A DNA stretch of 63,827 nucleotides, filler included, from Choristocarpus tenellus KU-1152 (Eukaryota > Protista > Phaeophyceae), in the NCBI GenBank assembly GCA_964200185.2. It is 12 parts of 12 records of this genome, joined end to end, with 100 filler letters (N's around TTAATTAATTAA, not from the genome) between each part and the next. Parts side by side here need not be neighbours in the genome. Positions count along the whole stretch, not along the records: positions 11,337 to 16,203 come from CAXNAD020012732.1; positions 16,304 to 20,482 come from CAXNAD020015830.1; positions 20,583 to 24,426 come from CAXNAD020017608.1; positions 24,527 to 42,257 come from CAXNAD020000635.1; 8 more parts are not named here. One strand, written 5' to 3'. Of this stretch, positions 13,765 to 25,129 are shown one piece after another; the stretch's first letter is position 1, and each line of letters begins with the position of its first letter. The position numbers and the translations under genes are program-made. Below the pieces are notes generated by a model. That model searched no databases. It was not told the DNA's origin and saw only the letters and a list, made by a program, of their open reading frames with translations.

Positions 13765-14010
13765 CTTTGGTCCCAAACGTCTCAAGGTCACGGTATATCA
13801 ACTAGTCTTTCTGTGTCCACCTTGCTTTCCGCTTTCCATCTGTGAGTTCCCCAAACAACACCTGGCCCTGCGTAAGAACCTCCACTTTTTCTCAGAAACC
13901 TTGAAACTGCTGCACCCAGTCTTTTCAAGAGCATCTTTGTCGGATTAGGAATGATCAGTGCGTCCTTGTTTACAGAATCCAGTACAACACAGGAGGAATT
14001 TGTGATGTTG
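13765..14010 (-). mobile_element. RTE-clade LINE ORF C-terminal remnant
   Basis: Minus-strand SDKDALEKTGC ... QVLFGELTDGKR ... RDLETFG resembles the RTE post-RT region. Confidence 0.55.
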
Positions 14011-14532
14011 ATAGCAAAGCTACCTTGATATCCAATTATAGAAAAAGTGTATACTGGTGGGACATCATGAGCTTTAGACCCCCCTTTCCCATCCGGCCTT
14101 TAAGTACAGGGTTTTCCTTATTACTCCAAAGTATTATGCTTCGAAAGACCCCTCACACACAGTGGTCCGAGTGTGGTGCTGCACGCCACTCTAAAACTGC
14201 ATGTTGGTGAGCTTACTACACACTCTATCCTTGGCGTAATGGACTCATCATTAGGTTATCTATACATACCCTCTCTCCTCTCACAGATTGTCAAACGTTC
14301 TGCTTAGGTCTTGGGGGGTCCAGATCATTTCCAGTTCCTTGGGCCCAACCATTGTCCATCATTGTCCACGCATATATAAAATAAAGAACAAAATGTCATT
14401 AAGATGTGCGGGAGCTTAGAGGATATGAGGGTCTCCTAATACCTCAACCAACGCGAAAGAGTCAAACCAACTGAGAGGTAGGCAGGGTTGCCTATTAAGG
14501 ATTCCAATAAAGGGAAAATGATGCCATTTTTC

Positions 14533-14655
14533 GAGTGAAAGTATCTTAGGGGGTACGAGTTTTGCCCTGTTTATCCGTTTGGAGTTTGGCTTCCCATGGG
14601 TGTTTTATGACATTTTACCTACTCCAAAATGTTATGGAGTAGGTAAACGTATATG
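14533..14655 (-). mobile_element. MITE-B half copy
   Basis: GAGTGAAAGTATCTTAGGGGGTACGAG terminus through the internal CCTACTCC/GGAGTAGG hairpin. Confidence 0.8.
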
Positions 14656-14772
14656 CGGTTGCAGGAAGACCCTTTGTTGCATTGTGGTGTCACTTTATGT
14701 GCGGAAAGGGAGAGTATCAATTTTGCTTATGCTATTGTATACACAAAACAATTAAATAAATGTAATGCACAG

Positions 14773-15030
14773 GAGTCAAAGTACCTTAGAGGGTAGAGTC
14801 GCGTCTGTTTGGAGTACAAACTCCAATCTTGTGATACTGATGTAAGTTTGACCATCGTGTTTGTTAGGAAGTGTTAATATCCTTGTTCCAGACACACCTT
14901 TTCATAATGTATAATTTTACCTACTCCGAAATGTTTCGGAGTAGGTAAAATGTCATAAAGAAGCTGTGGAAAGTCAAGCCCCAAACGGATAAACAGGGCA
15001 ATAATCGTACCCTCTAAGATACTTTCATTC
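14773..15030 (+). mobile_element. MITE-B (258 bp), 3-bp TSD CAG
   Basis: TIR GAGTCAAAGTACCTTAGAGGGTA...TACCCTCTAAGATACTTTCATTC; CAG on both sides. Confidence 0.9.
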
Positions 15031-16442
15031 CAGGGTAAGGAAGACAGCTTAGAACGCAAAAGGGTCCACAACTGCCTACCTCTCATTTGGTTTGGCTCGA
15101 ACCTAGCCTTTCTTAAACAGGCCCCTTGACCATTTGCACTGGACAAGTATGCACTGTATGCTGGAGCTCTAGTAGACGGAAAATTCCACTGGACACTTGC
15201 CCACCAATGAAAACCATCCTTCCAACCATTTCCCACCAGCATTCAGTTCATTGCTTGCATACACAACGGCATCATTTCATGATGAGACTAATAAACTCAA
15301 AATCTATGTCAGGCAACGTAAGGTACAATGGGTTTACAAGCCTAGTAGTGGATCAACCCATCTTGTCCAGGATGAAGGAGGAAATACATAGAACTGCAAT
15401 GTATGTTTGCGATCAACCTACAAAACCTCCTTCCCACCTCCCTAAGCAATTAGGTATAGTTTTTCATACTCGCTTACTTCTGCTGGTCATAAGAATTTAC
15501 AGGAGTAATCCACGTGTCCATCTCTGTCGTCGTCACCAACTAAGCTCTCCCCAAGTCAGAAAACCTTCCTCACGCCAAAACACTCTTGACATAACCCCTC
15601 AAGTGTCAGGCTTGGTGAGGCCATCAGGATTCCTGCGTACCAATTAATTCATAGTTTTGCAGCACCATCCATAAAAAAAAATAGTAGTGGGTAGGGGTGG
15701 TAAGAGGGGGATGGAGGGCAAGAGACAGAATGTAGGACCAGAAAGAGGGGAAGGAGGAGGATGGATGAACCTCAGAATGCTTTGCTACAGCCCTGCTATA
15801 AGACAAAAGGTTTCAGTTACTTCCATCAACCATGCAACGATGGAAGTGTCTACAGACAGTATAGCACATTGAGCAATAGGTGGTCCACTTGGTTCTCCCT
15901 GTCCAACTGTATCATTTGAAGTAATTATAATTACAAGGAAAATACAACCGTAGTGGTATTATACCGCAAGGACATACACGCATAGAGACGTCACCTTTTT
16001 TTGTTTGGTAGCAAAAGCACGAAGCAAATACTCAGTACTCAAGAATGAAGAGGTACATAGTTCCTAATTGTACTACACAACATTATTTCTAAAAGCTTCT
16101 GGTAAAGAAGTAAATTGAATGAAGTTTGTACGTACGTAGTAATGGCTCAAAGTATCTGGGAGGGGGTGACGGCTGTCCATTTGGGGTCAATTTTTTCATG
16201 TCGNNNNNNNNNNNNNNNNNNNNNNNNNNNNNNNNNNNNNNNNNNNNTTAATTAATTAANNNNNNNNNNNNNNNNNNNNNNNNNNNNNNNNNNNNNNNNN
16301 NNNCTTTTTTGTTTTGTCGACGGTGTTGCCTGAAACCCCCTCCCCCCCCCCACTCATACATACCCCGTTGGCGTGGTAATAATAATGCCTCATCCTCGCT
16401 GGTTGGGTGCGTAATATTTTCCGTTTTCTGCCCATCACGAAG

Positions 16443-19400
16443 GTGGGCGTTCCTCCCCCGGCGAAAACAACTCTACGAAACTCGCAGCAAGGCGTAAAGT
16501 CCCTTTGACCAGAGTCCTTCGAGGTACTGAAGGAAGTGCGTGAGACCTCGTCACCACAGGTCAACCGCAACGCAGTCACACTGAACTATCTGAGTCGCGA
16601 GGAGTTTGCCGGCTTCACTTCTCTCAAGCAGGGGCTATGCATCCATCTGCTTGCTAGGCAAGTCAAACCGCCACTGTCTTTTATCGTGTAGACAGCAGTA
16701 AGCGCAATGTGTGCAGGTCACAGCACATTGCACAGGAACGTTCAATATGTGTCTCCTACGAGGAAGAATGTAGTCGGCCATTGTTGTGTCGAATGAAGAA
16801 TCCTTTGTAGTATTGTGGAAATTCTATGAACAGTGTGTGTTTCCTGTGTACTCTTGTCTTTTCTGAACTACAACAATCGTTCCATGAATATTTTCTGCAG
16901 TGGAGTCAAAGTATCTTAGAGGGTATAGTCGCGTCCATTTGGGGGCCAAAATCCAATTTTCCGATTTTGAGGAAATTTTGGCTATCAAGTTTGTTACGAA
17001 ATGTAAATATCATTGTTCTGGACACACCTTTTCATAACATACACATTTTACCTACTACGAAACATTTTGGAGTAGGCAAATGTCATTAAAAACTCGTTAA
17101 AAGCCAAGCCCCAAATGGACAAATAGGGAAAAAGTTGTACCCTCTAAGATACTTTCAATCAGTGGCGACCCTTTCCTCATCATTACCTGCGCATCGTTCT
17201 TGTTGAGGTCCTTCATGACCTTCTCTTTTTGCAGGTACAAGTCGTTCAACGGGAAGGTTCCTACGGCGAGGGACTACAAGGACATCGAATCGGACGCGCA
17301 CATATCTGAGATGATTGTCTCGCGCACCAGGCAGATTGTGCCCATGGAGAATTGGACGCCAGAGCTCCAAAGGTTGGTAAATGGTGCAGTTGGAGCGGTT
17401 ATCTTTTTTTGCCTTTTTTGTATCTCCTGTGCACCCATACGTCGCCATGCACCCCTCAATTATAAAATATGCTGTCAGCGTCTTTTTCGGCACCGCACTT
17501 ATTGATTGTTGCAAAACTGCTCTGAATTTCGTACGTTACGTGAATGATGCACGGGCTGTCAGGGAAATGGACAAGCTTGCATATGAGAAGTGTAATAAGC
17601 ACGGCCTCCGCGTCAAGCCCCATCACGAGGAGAGGAAGAGGGAGGTGGCCCAACTTCTGCAGAAGGTTTCATCTGGCGACCAACAAGCAGGGCCCGTCCT
17701 GCAGCTGAGGGCAAACATCTCGACGGTAGTCGGAATGAAACCTCTGCAGCGGGTCAGATCCGTGAGTGTGCCTCCTGTGTTCGTAATTACATTTTTGTTG
17801 GCTTGTACAAAAACAATTAGTTGACGCTTGGCAGGATTGGTGGTGGGTCTTCATCATCATCATGAGCGACAGAGTTGCTTTCCCTACAACAAACGATGCT
17901 GTTTTGTCAGATCTAGTCTTCCGTTGCTAATAGCGGGAATAGCCAATCATTTCCTTCAACTCTAGGCAACGGTCTTGGTCAATTTCCACCTCGTTTCTGC
18001 CTCCAACACTTGTCACTGTCGTAACCTACAGACAGGCTGGCGTTCTCGACATTGACATCTTTCGAACTATTTCGTCCCGCAATTCGCCTCTATTAAACGC
18101 GTTCACCATGTCAACGGTATCGTTTGCTCTGTTCAATTGACATGCTATCGTTCTTCCATTACACTCTCCCATTTTTGACGTCACCATCGTCCCCTCCTCT
18201 CCTCAACAACGTCCTCCGCCGTGTCCATCACCAGATTCTCGAGAAGGACTCGACTCTACGCGATTACCTCACCACCTGGGATGGGAAATACCAGGATGTC
18301 CTCAACCAGGTCAACCTCCACCAGGTTCACAGCGGGCGGGGCTGTGATAGCGGCGGCGCAGATGTCGAGAGCAACAACGGATCGGCACCAGATGGCCGTG
18401 AGAAAGAAGACGAGGGAGGGTGCAAACACAAAGGAGGGGACGGAGACGAGGGAGGGGACGAACACAAAGGAGGGGACGAAGACGAGGGAGGGGACGGACT
18501 GCCAGACAGGGAGGATACGGGCGAAGGGGGTTCTGTCGGTAGCGTTCCTGGTGCGGAAGAAGAACAAAACGGCCATGAAGGGTGGAACGCTGGCGTTGGC
18601 TGTACTGAATGCAATCCTCCACCTACGTCTCGGTGAGTAATGTAGTTGTAACAGTGCATACGGGGATGGCAGGTAATTAATGGCGGAAGATTGGTTTCCA
18701 TCCAATCCCCCAAACAGCTAACTAGGTTGTCTCTTTTCAGCGGTGCACGCCATTGAACCGGTGGATCTTGCGGGGTCCCTCTGTGTGTGGCGCTGCGGTC
18801 GCTACCCCCACGTCTCTTTATTTGCCACAGCCCGATTGTGTGTTAATGCATGTACATCACCGATTGCTGTATCTCACCTGTACTACTTCGTACTGCTTTG
18901 CGCCGCCAATTTCGTGGTCCTTCGTAACCGTGGATCCCCCTTCTTGCGTTGTTGCGCCCAATTAATGATTTGGAAAATTACTATCCTGTCTGTTTAAGGC
19001 TCTCGTTCGATGCCACGCGCGGCAGGTATTCATGCCCAAAGTGCTCCATCACGCACATGGGCGAATGTGCCTTCGTGGAGATTGTGGGCGACGAGAGGCA
19101 CAAGGATCAATTATGTATCAATTGCCCCATGGCACAGGAGGGCAGTGAAGGGTCTGGATCGGTGGGGAACGAAGCGGCGGGTCGTGGCAGGGGCAAGGGC
19201 AAGGGTATGGGTCACGCAAGGAGCGCGGGCGGGTCACCCACCAGGAAAGCCCTTTACGTCCCCCCTCACGCAGCGAAACGGCGGACATGGAGAAGTGCAT
19301 GTGGGTCTCGGCGTGGTTGCGCATTGTACGGACATACAAGTCGTCTCTGCGTGTTCGGTTTCGCGTTGGGTTGCACGTGGGTCTTGGCTGCTTGTACATC

Positions 19401-20455
19401 ATGTGGATTGCTCATCCTTTGTGTGTTGGATGTGTCGTTTTTTTTAGTTTTCCATGGGCCATGGAACTTAATGTTTTGACGTCTACCCTCCTTCCACGAG
19501 ATGTATCTGATGGGTCTGGTGTTGTGGAGGGTAAGGCTTGACATTTTGGGGATGCCGTGGAAATATTGTCAGGACCTCACTTAATGATATGATTGCCTGC
19601 ACCGTTGCTTACTACGCTGTCCTTCTTGTCGTGCTTCCTGTGTACTGTATCATGTGTCATGATGTCCAACAGGACTAAGAACACTGCACTACACGACCTT
19701 CGCCCTCTCGACCCCACAGTACTCTTGGACTACCAGAAAGAGTTCGCCTTCCGCAACGCGCCAAAGCTCGCCATAGTGTCCATCACCGCCAAGCCAAGAC
19801 TCGTCAACGACGAAGAGGTGACCAACACACACTTGCACCAGGTGGTTAAGTTACTTACAAGTGAAGATACATCCTCAGGGCACCATAGCGCTATCTGTGC
19901 CCCACCCGTGGGCCGCGCAAGCACATCGCCTAAATAGTGAGTTGCAGAGTTTACCAGCGCTGAAATACGGGGTGTATTGCGGGAGACTATTGCAATCCGC
20001 CATGGCCGTTATCAGTCCGTCTGTGTGCCCATCGAATACTGTGCGGCCGTTCAGGACATGAGGATTATGTCGTGTGTCTTTCTTTTTCACTTTTCCCATG
20101 TTGTCTCGTGTTTTTTGTACCTTCTATTTCCTTTTGTGTCTCTTGCTCTTTTCCCCAGGTCCTTAGTAGTTCTTTGTTTCATTGTCCGCGAATCGCATGC
20201 TGGTGTTACTTGTCTTCACTACACTATTTTTGCCGTCTTTCCTTCTATTACAGAATTTCCTATTGTTTGCATTTTTCGAATTGGTTATTTGCCTTGCGTT
20301 CCACACTCATTGTACTATTATAATGTTAGTGGTATGCGATTTCATGAATCCCAAAGATAACTACTTGTGTGCTGTCACTGTCAAGTTTGACGCATGCCAG
20401 ACCCACGCGCTCGCTCCCGCCTTCTCTTTATTCAGGGGCTCTTATGGCATCGAAG
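16443..20455 (+). pseudogene. Accessory gene exons 3-10: HTH, helical region, acidic linker, PHD-like finger, degenerate N6/N4-MTase-like domain
   Basis: Inferred exons 16443-16657 (GC donor AG|GCAAGT), 17235-17372, 17515-17761, 18235-18632, 18741-~18797, 18999-~19200/19295, 19673-~20054, 20330-20455. Phases match for exons 3-6; later ones need frameshifts. Premature TGA in exon 3. Confidence 0.7.
16903..17160 (+). mobile_element. MITE-B (258 bp), 4-bp TSD AGTG, inserted in an intron of copy 1
   Basis: Empty site TTTTCTGCAGTGGCGACC is present in copy 2 at about 57943-57960. Confidence 0.95.
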
Positions 20456-20689
20456 GTGGGCTTGGTTGTGGAGGATCATAGANNNNNNNNNNNNNNNNNN
20501 NNNNNNNNNNNNNNNNNNNNNNNNNNTTAATTAATTAANNNNNNNNNNNNNNNNNNNNNNNNNNNNNNNNNNNNNNNNNNNNCCTCACAAACCACCCCCC
20601 TCTCCCAGATACTTTGACCCTTATACAGATTGTTTGAGCTACAAAATAGCTGCCCTCCTTCACCTGCCTTCCCACCTTTACTGTGGCAG

Positions 20690-20883
20690 GTTGAAGAAAG
20701 GATGCGATGGAAACCACCCTTGCCGAAGGTGCTTCAACGCCAGAGTGCCCTGTGTATACCAAGTACGCAAAAAAACAGGACCAAAACCCGGATGGAAGAC
20801 AAGGCAGACTGCAGCTAGCTCTTCCCCTTGCGCACATAGGGACTGGGCACCACTATCCGTAACAAATATCTCTGCTGCTGAAG
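20690..20883 (+). CDS. Internal exon of a Zn(II)2Cys6 (fungal-type binuclear cluster) transcription factor
   Basis: Acceptor GGCAG at 20685-20689, then LKKGCDGNHPCRRCFNARVPCVYQVRKKTGPKPG (Cys3-Cys6 plus basic GPK tail). First CxxC would be in an upstream exon. 3' end uncertain (donor at 20884 or stop at 20987). Confidence 0.8.
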
Positions 20884-22750
20884 GTCAGAAAGACATTCTT
20901 GCATCCAAAGGTTTAGCATCTTCAGGGGCATGGAGGACGAGGGTATGTCCCAACCCTCCGCCGATCACAAAGTTGCTAGGAAAGTGATCCGTTCCCCATT
21001 CGATTGAGTGTACAGATGTGGGAGTGTGCAGGTGTGAATTGCCCTCCTTCCCCACACCTTTTGGTAGGACAAAATGTTGTTTGCTTCTGATCACAAGAAA
21101 TGTTAGGAAATTGGACGAGTCTACTCGATTGATTGTGCAGGAGTACAATGCCCTACTTTCACACACGCTTCGATAAGAGACAGTCCTGCTTGTTTCATTA
21201 ATGGTGTGTGATACACCACCTTCCCACATTCTTTCAGAGGAAAGTGATGGAGTTCACATACCTCCTTAGGAAACTACCACAGTTTTGGAGAATCAATAAT
21301 CCCAATTTAATATCTTCTATGAACGATTTCAGGGACACTTCAGAACCATGTGGGACAATTGTCGAACCACAAAAATACGTTTCGAACCGTTCTGAAGCGA
21401 TTTTGGGAATGTTTAAAACACTTCTTTGGACATGTTCTTGGCTATGTTTCTTGTTTCGCATGTTTATGGGGGTATATTCTAAGCAGGTTTGAGCATGTTT
21501 TTGGAGATACGTTTGGGAAATTTTCTGATGTTTTGAAGTATGTGCTGTGGATATAGGAGGACAATTTAGGGAGGATGTATTTTTTTATATTGTAGAACAC
21601 CCTTTTCTAAATGTATTATGGACATTTTTCACATTTTGTTAGGGCGCTTTTTTGTACACCGTACAGCACTTTTTTGTACATATCTTGTTGGTTCCTTACA
21701 CCTGTATTAGTGTTACAAGACTCTCCAAAACTTTCCTCCACGGAATGTATAGTTCCAGTCCACAACCCTATAGAGGACGCTGAAAAGGTAAAAAAAAAAA
21801 ATACTCAAAATTGAAGGGTTTAAATCGACCCCTTCTAAGATAGGATGACTCCAATTTTGTGGTGTACTCTCTTTTCTTCTCTGCCCTATATCTTGAGTGT
21901 AGTATATGTGGGAGGGATTGAGGAAAAATCTTGGAATATTCTTCGTGGCATGAATATTGAAGTGTTTTGTACTATGAACATGAAAGTTACATAAATTGAT
22001 AGTATTATTTCAGTGTTCGTAAGGAGAACATTTTTGTTCCCTGTACACGGTACACGTTTGTGCAATTGATCATCTTTCCCTCACCCAACTGTCTCTCTTT
22101 CTCGCATTCATACTTGAACACATTCATCTTCTTTGAACCATATATATATATATATATATTGTATGTAGTTGGTGTATAGAGCTCTAACGTACTTTGTGCT
22201 TCTTTATACCAAGAGATTTTTTATTTTGGTATAAAGTTTTCTGTGGGAATATATATTCAGGTCCAATACTATTTTTGTACTGTGGGCAGGAGTGTCTGTT
22301 GCAGTAACCGCAGACAGGAAGGCGTTCTTGAGATGAATCTTGATGCCACTGAAGAAATATTTTGTTTTTGTGATCGAAGTGATATCATTTGGTGTACTTT
22401 TAAAAAATAGATCTTTGTTGTTATACTCTGTATTTGGCAGTTACAGAAACAAGAGGTTGGATCATTTTTGTTTATCTATTATCATGGGGACAGAGAGGGA
22501 GAGAGAGAGAGGAGGACAAACTGTTCGGTCTTGGTTATGTTCTTCAATTTGTAGCAGTTGGTGTGTTTGTCCAATCGTGTAGCATCCTATTCTCGTCATA
22601 GTATGATCATTGGTTCCTCCTTCGGAACTCCCTCGAGACATGTGTGACACTCAATAATACCATAGCAAAAGAAGAAGAAGAAAAGGCGTGGGATGATATA
22701 TATTGAAGCATACTATTACCTGCCCTTGCTCCCACATGTTTTCTTTGTTT

Positions 22751-22928
22751 GGGTCAAAGTATCTGGGGGGGGTGTCGTCGTCCGTTTTTAACCCTTTTTT
22801 TGGTTTTCACTTTATTGGTGTGATTTGGTCGCGCGTGTTGGATTTGAAATGTCAGCAAAAAAAAGAGTTGTGTGACCGAAACGGACACCCCCTCACAAAC
22901 CACCCCCCTCTCCCAGATACTTTGACCC
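22751..22928 (+). mobile_element. MITE-C (178 bp), TSD TTT; partial copy at 20583-20620
   Basis: TIR GGGTCAAAGTATCTGGG...CCCAGATACTTTGACCC; interior differs from MITE-A. Confidence 0.85.
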
Positions 22929-24814
22929 TTTTCCTGTTCCTTTCCTCTCCCCAACACAATTGGGTCACCTAGAAGGTTGCAAGTTGTTCTACTGATCTGA
23001 CTTGTATTATATTGAGTAAGGAGTGAGAGGTATTGAGTTGGAAAAGAGCGAGGAGTCCTTTTTCATAACACCTGTGCATTTTCTTCTTTTTCTCCTCTGC
23101 CTTTCCAGTTCCAGGTGACGCAATACCAATGGGTATAGTTTCAGAAATAACAGCCACCGATGTCACTTCCACTTCATCTCCCAGGCAAAGACCAAGTCTT
23201 GGACAAAAATTGCTTTCATATGACCGGTTGTTCTCGGCATGATCATGACGGTGATGGTGATGGTGATGGTGTTGATGACAGTCGTTTTTGTTTTGTATGC
23301 TTGGCGTTGTTACATTAAATCACAGAGAGTTTCTTCGGCGCTTCCCTGTGGGAAGGAAAATTATTGTTAATTGTGTGTGAAGAAAAGGGCGCCACTGTCT
23401 GCCTTGTATGTAGAGGTGGAGTGCGTGGGGGACTTGTCCAAGGGATATATGGGGATGATACCTTTTCCGATCAATGCAGTTTATTTTGCAGCTTTTTTGT
23501 TGTTGTTTGATTTATGTCATTAGGTTTGTTTGTTTTCCTGTCTTTAGTGATGTCCTTGTCTGGTCGTGCAGCAGGTTGGACTGGAAATTTTCTTTTTGGC
23601 CTTTTTTTTTCTCAAGTTTTTTATAACACTTTCTTATACCCTCTTCTCTTCTCCGACGTTTCTCCCTTTGATTTATATTTCATTCTCTGTCCAACATGCA
23701 TGATACACAAGCACTATCTACACTGTGACTGATTGCAATCTCGAGATTTTTGAGCTAGCTGCGTGCGTTTTGCTTGTTGTTTCACAACAAAAACAAATAG
23801 AGGAAGGTAGGAGATCCCTCGAGCCTGTCTCTTCTGCTATGTTTTTTTGGTGTTTTAGCCTAATATGCAGTATGTAATGCTTTGTGCTACTACACTACGT
23901 AGTGCGATATCCTTAGAGAGAGGCCCATGGGTCGGGAAAAGCTGTGGAATAATGCTGTACACTGTACGACCGGACTCTTCCATCATCTGTTCATACATGG
24001 TGCCTGTTACTATTGTAGGAAGAGATACAAGGTAATATTCTCCAACCTGGCATAATATGATGCGGCAGATCGCATGTGGTATTTTGACCGCTACTTTGTC
24101 GATGGCCTGATTCTTTGATGCAGTGTAGATGAGGCGATTGGTAACTCTGCCCAAACAATACTTATCGTCATGTGATGATGGTGTTCATGTACCTCTGGTG
24201 TCACGGATTGGGACAGACACACTTCAGGCAGGTGTTGGAGAAAATGGGTCTGGATATGGAACCATCTCTGCAGTGAATTTAGGGGGAGTGAGGAGAGATT
24301 GTTGGTGTGAATGTGTACTTGCTATTGTGATGAGTAGTGTGTTTTGATGTAATTTGTTGCATGGTTGCATAGGTGAAAAAGGACATGACCGGTATGGCCG
24401 TTGACCCAAAGTATCTGGGAGGGGGGNNNNNNNNNNNNNNNNNNNNNNNNNNNNNNNNNNNNNNNNNNNNTTAATTAATTAANNNNNNNNNNNNNNNNNN
24501 NNNNNNNNNNNNNNNNNNNNNNNNNNTCCCAGTCAATTTTGGGTCAAGCCCATCCTCAATGAAAAGCTCCATCCTCAATTTTTGAAATCTGCTGTTCCTT
24601 GTACCTCCACCTACCAACCATTTCTTTAACTTCTCTCCTCGGTCTCTTAGTCTTTCATTAACTATTCGTTACCTTCTTGCTAATTCTTATTATTCTCTCT
24701 GTCCCCTCCCTTCTTCCCCTGTGCCCCCAATCAGCCAGAATTCTTTCGCCGACAAAACTCAGATTACTTCACAAACTTTCCCACTATAGTGTTGGTAGTT
24801 GCCTCTACTAGGAT

Positions 24815-25129
24815 GAGACCAGTCTTGATTTTTTTGACGGGGTTGCCCAGCAGGTTAAACGGCGATAAGCATATTAAGTGAAACCTAGGTCTAAGCTATC
24901 ACTGGTGAAAGGAATTTGTTCGGAATTTTTTTGGTAAGATAAAATTTTAGGTGAATGTTTTCGGCACAACCTTGGAGATTTTCCGGAATGAATTATATCA
25001 CGACCAAATATAATTTTCCGAAAAACTTCCTGGGGACCAATGATAGCGTAGATCCAGATCTTTCATTGGATATGCTCATTGTTGTTTAACTCGTTGCCCA
25101 ACCCTTTGAAAGAAATCAAGATTAGTCAC
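24815..25129. mobile_element. Degenerate foldback/MITE with ~130-bp inverted arms
   Basis: GACCAGTCTTGATTT..GGGTTG..GTTAAAC..GCATAT..GCTATCACTGGT matches the reverse complement of about 25000-25127. Confidence 0.7.

Larger units (their letters stand above)
16304..20482 (+). mobile_element. Copy 1 of the Sola-type element (whole contig): 3' part of the accessory gene
   Basis: 16304-17505 aligns with about 57090-58296 apart from different MITE insertions; the start also matches 60960-60994. Confidence 0.85.

Noticed and set aside
16304-16360. Copy 1 as the direct continuation of copy 3 (overlap at the poly-C)
   Set aside because: The overlapping bases differ (CTTTTTTGTTTTGTCGACGG versus TTCTTGATTGTTTTATCAACGG), so they are distinct copies; the full protein architecture is a composite across copies.
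22969-23172. SPGTGK Walker A linked to the helicase-like ORF at 23855-24154
   Set aside because: It lies downstream of the putative motif Ia, the wrong order; likely chance.
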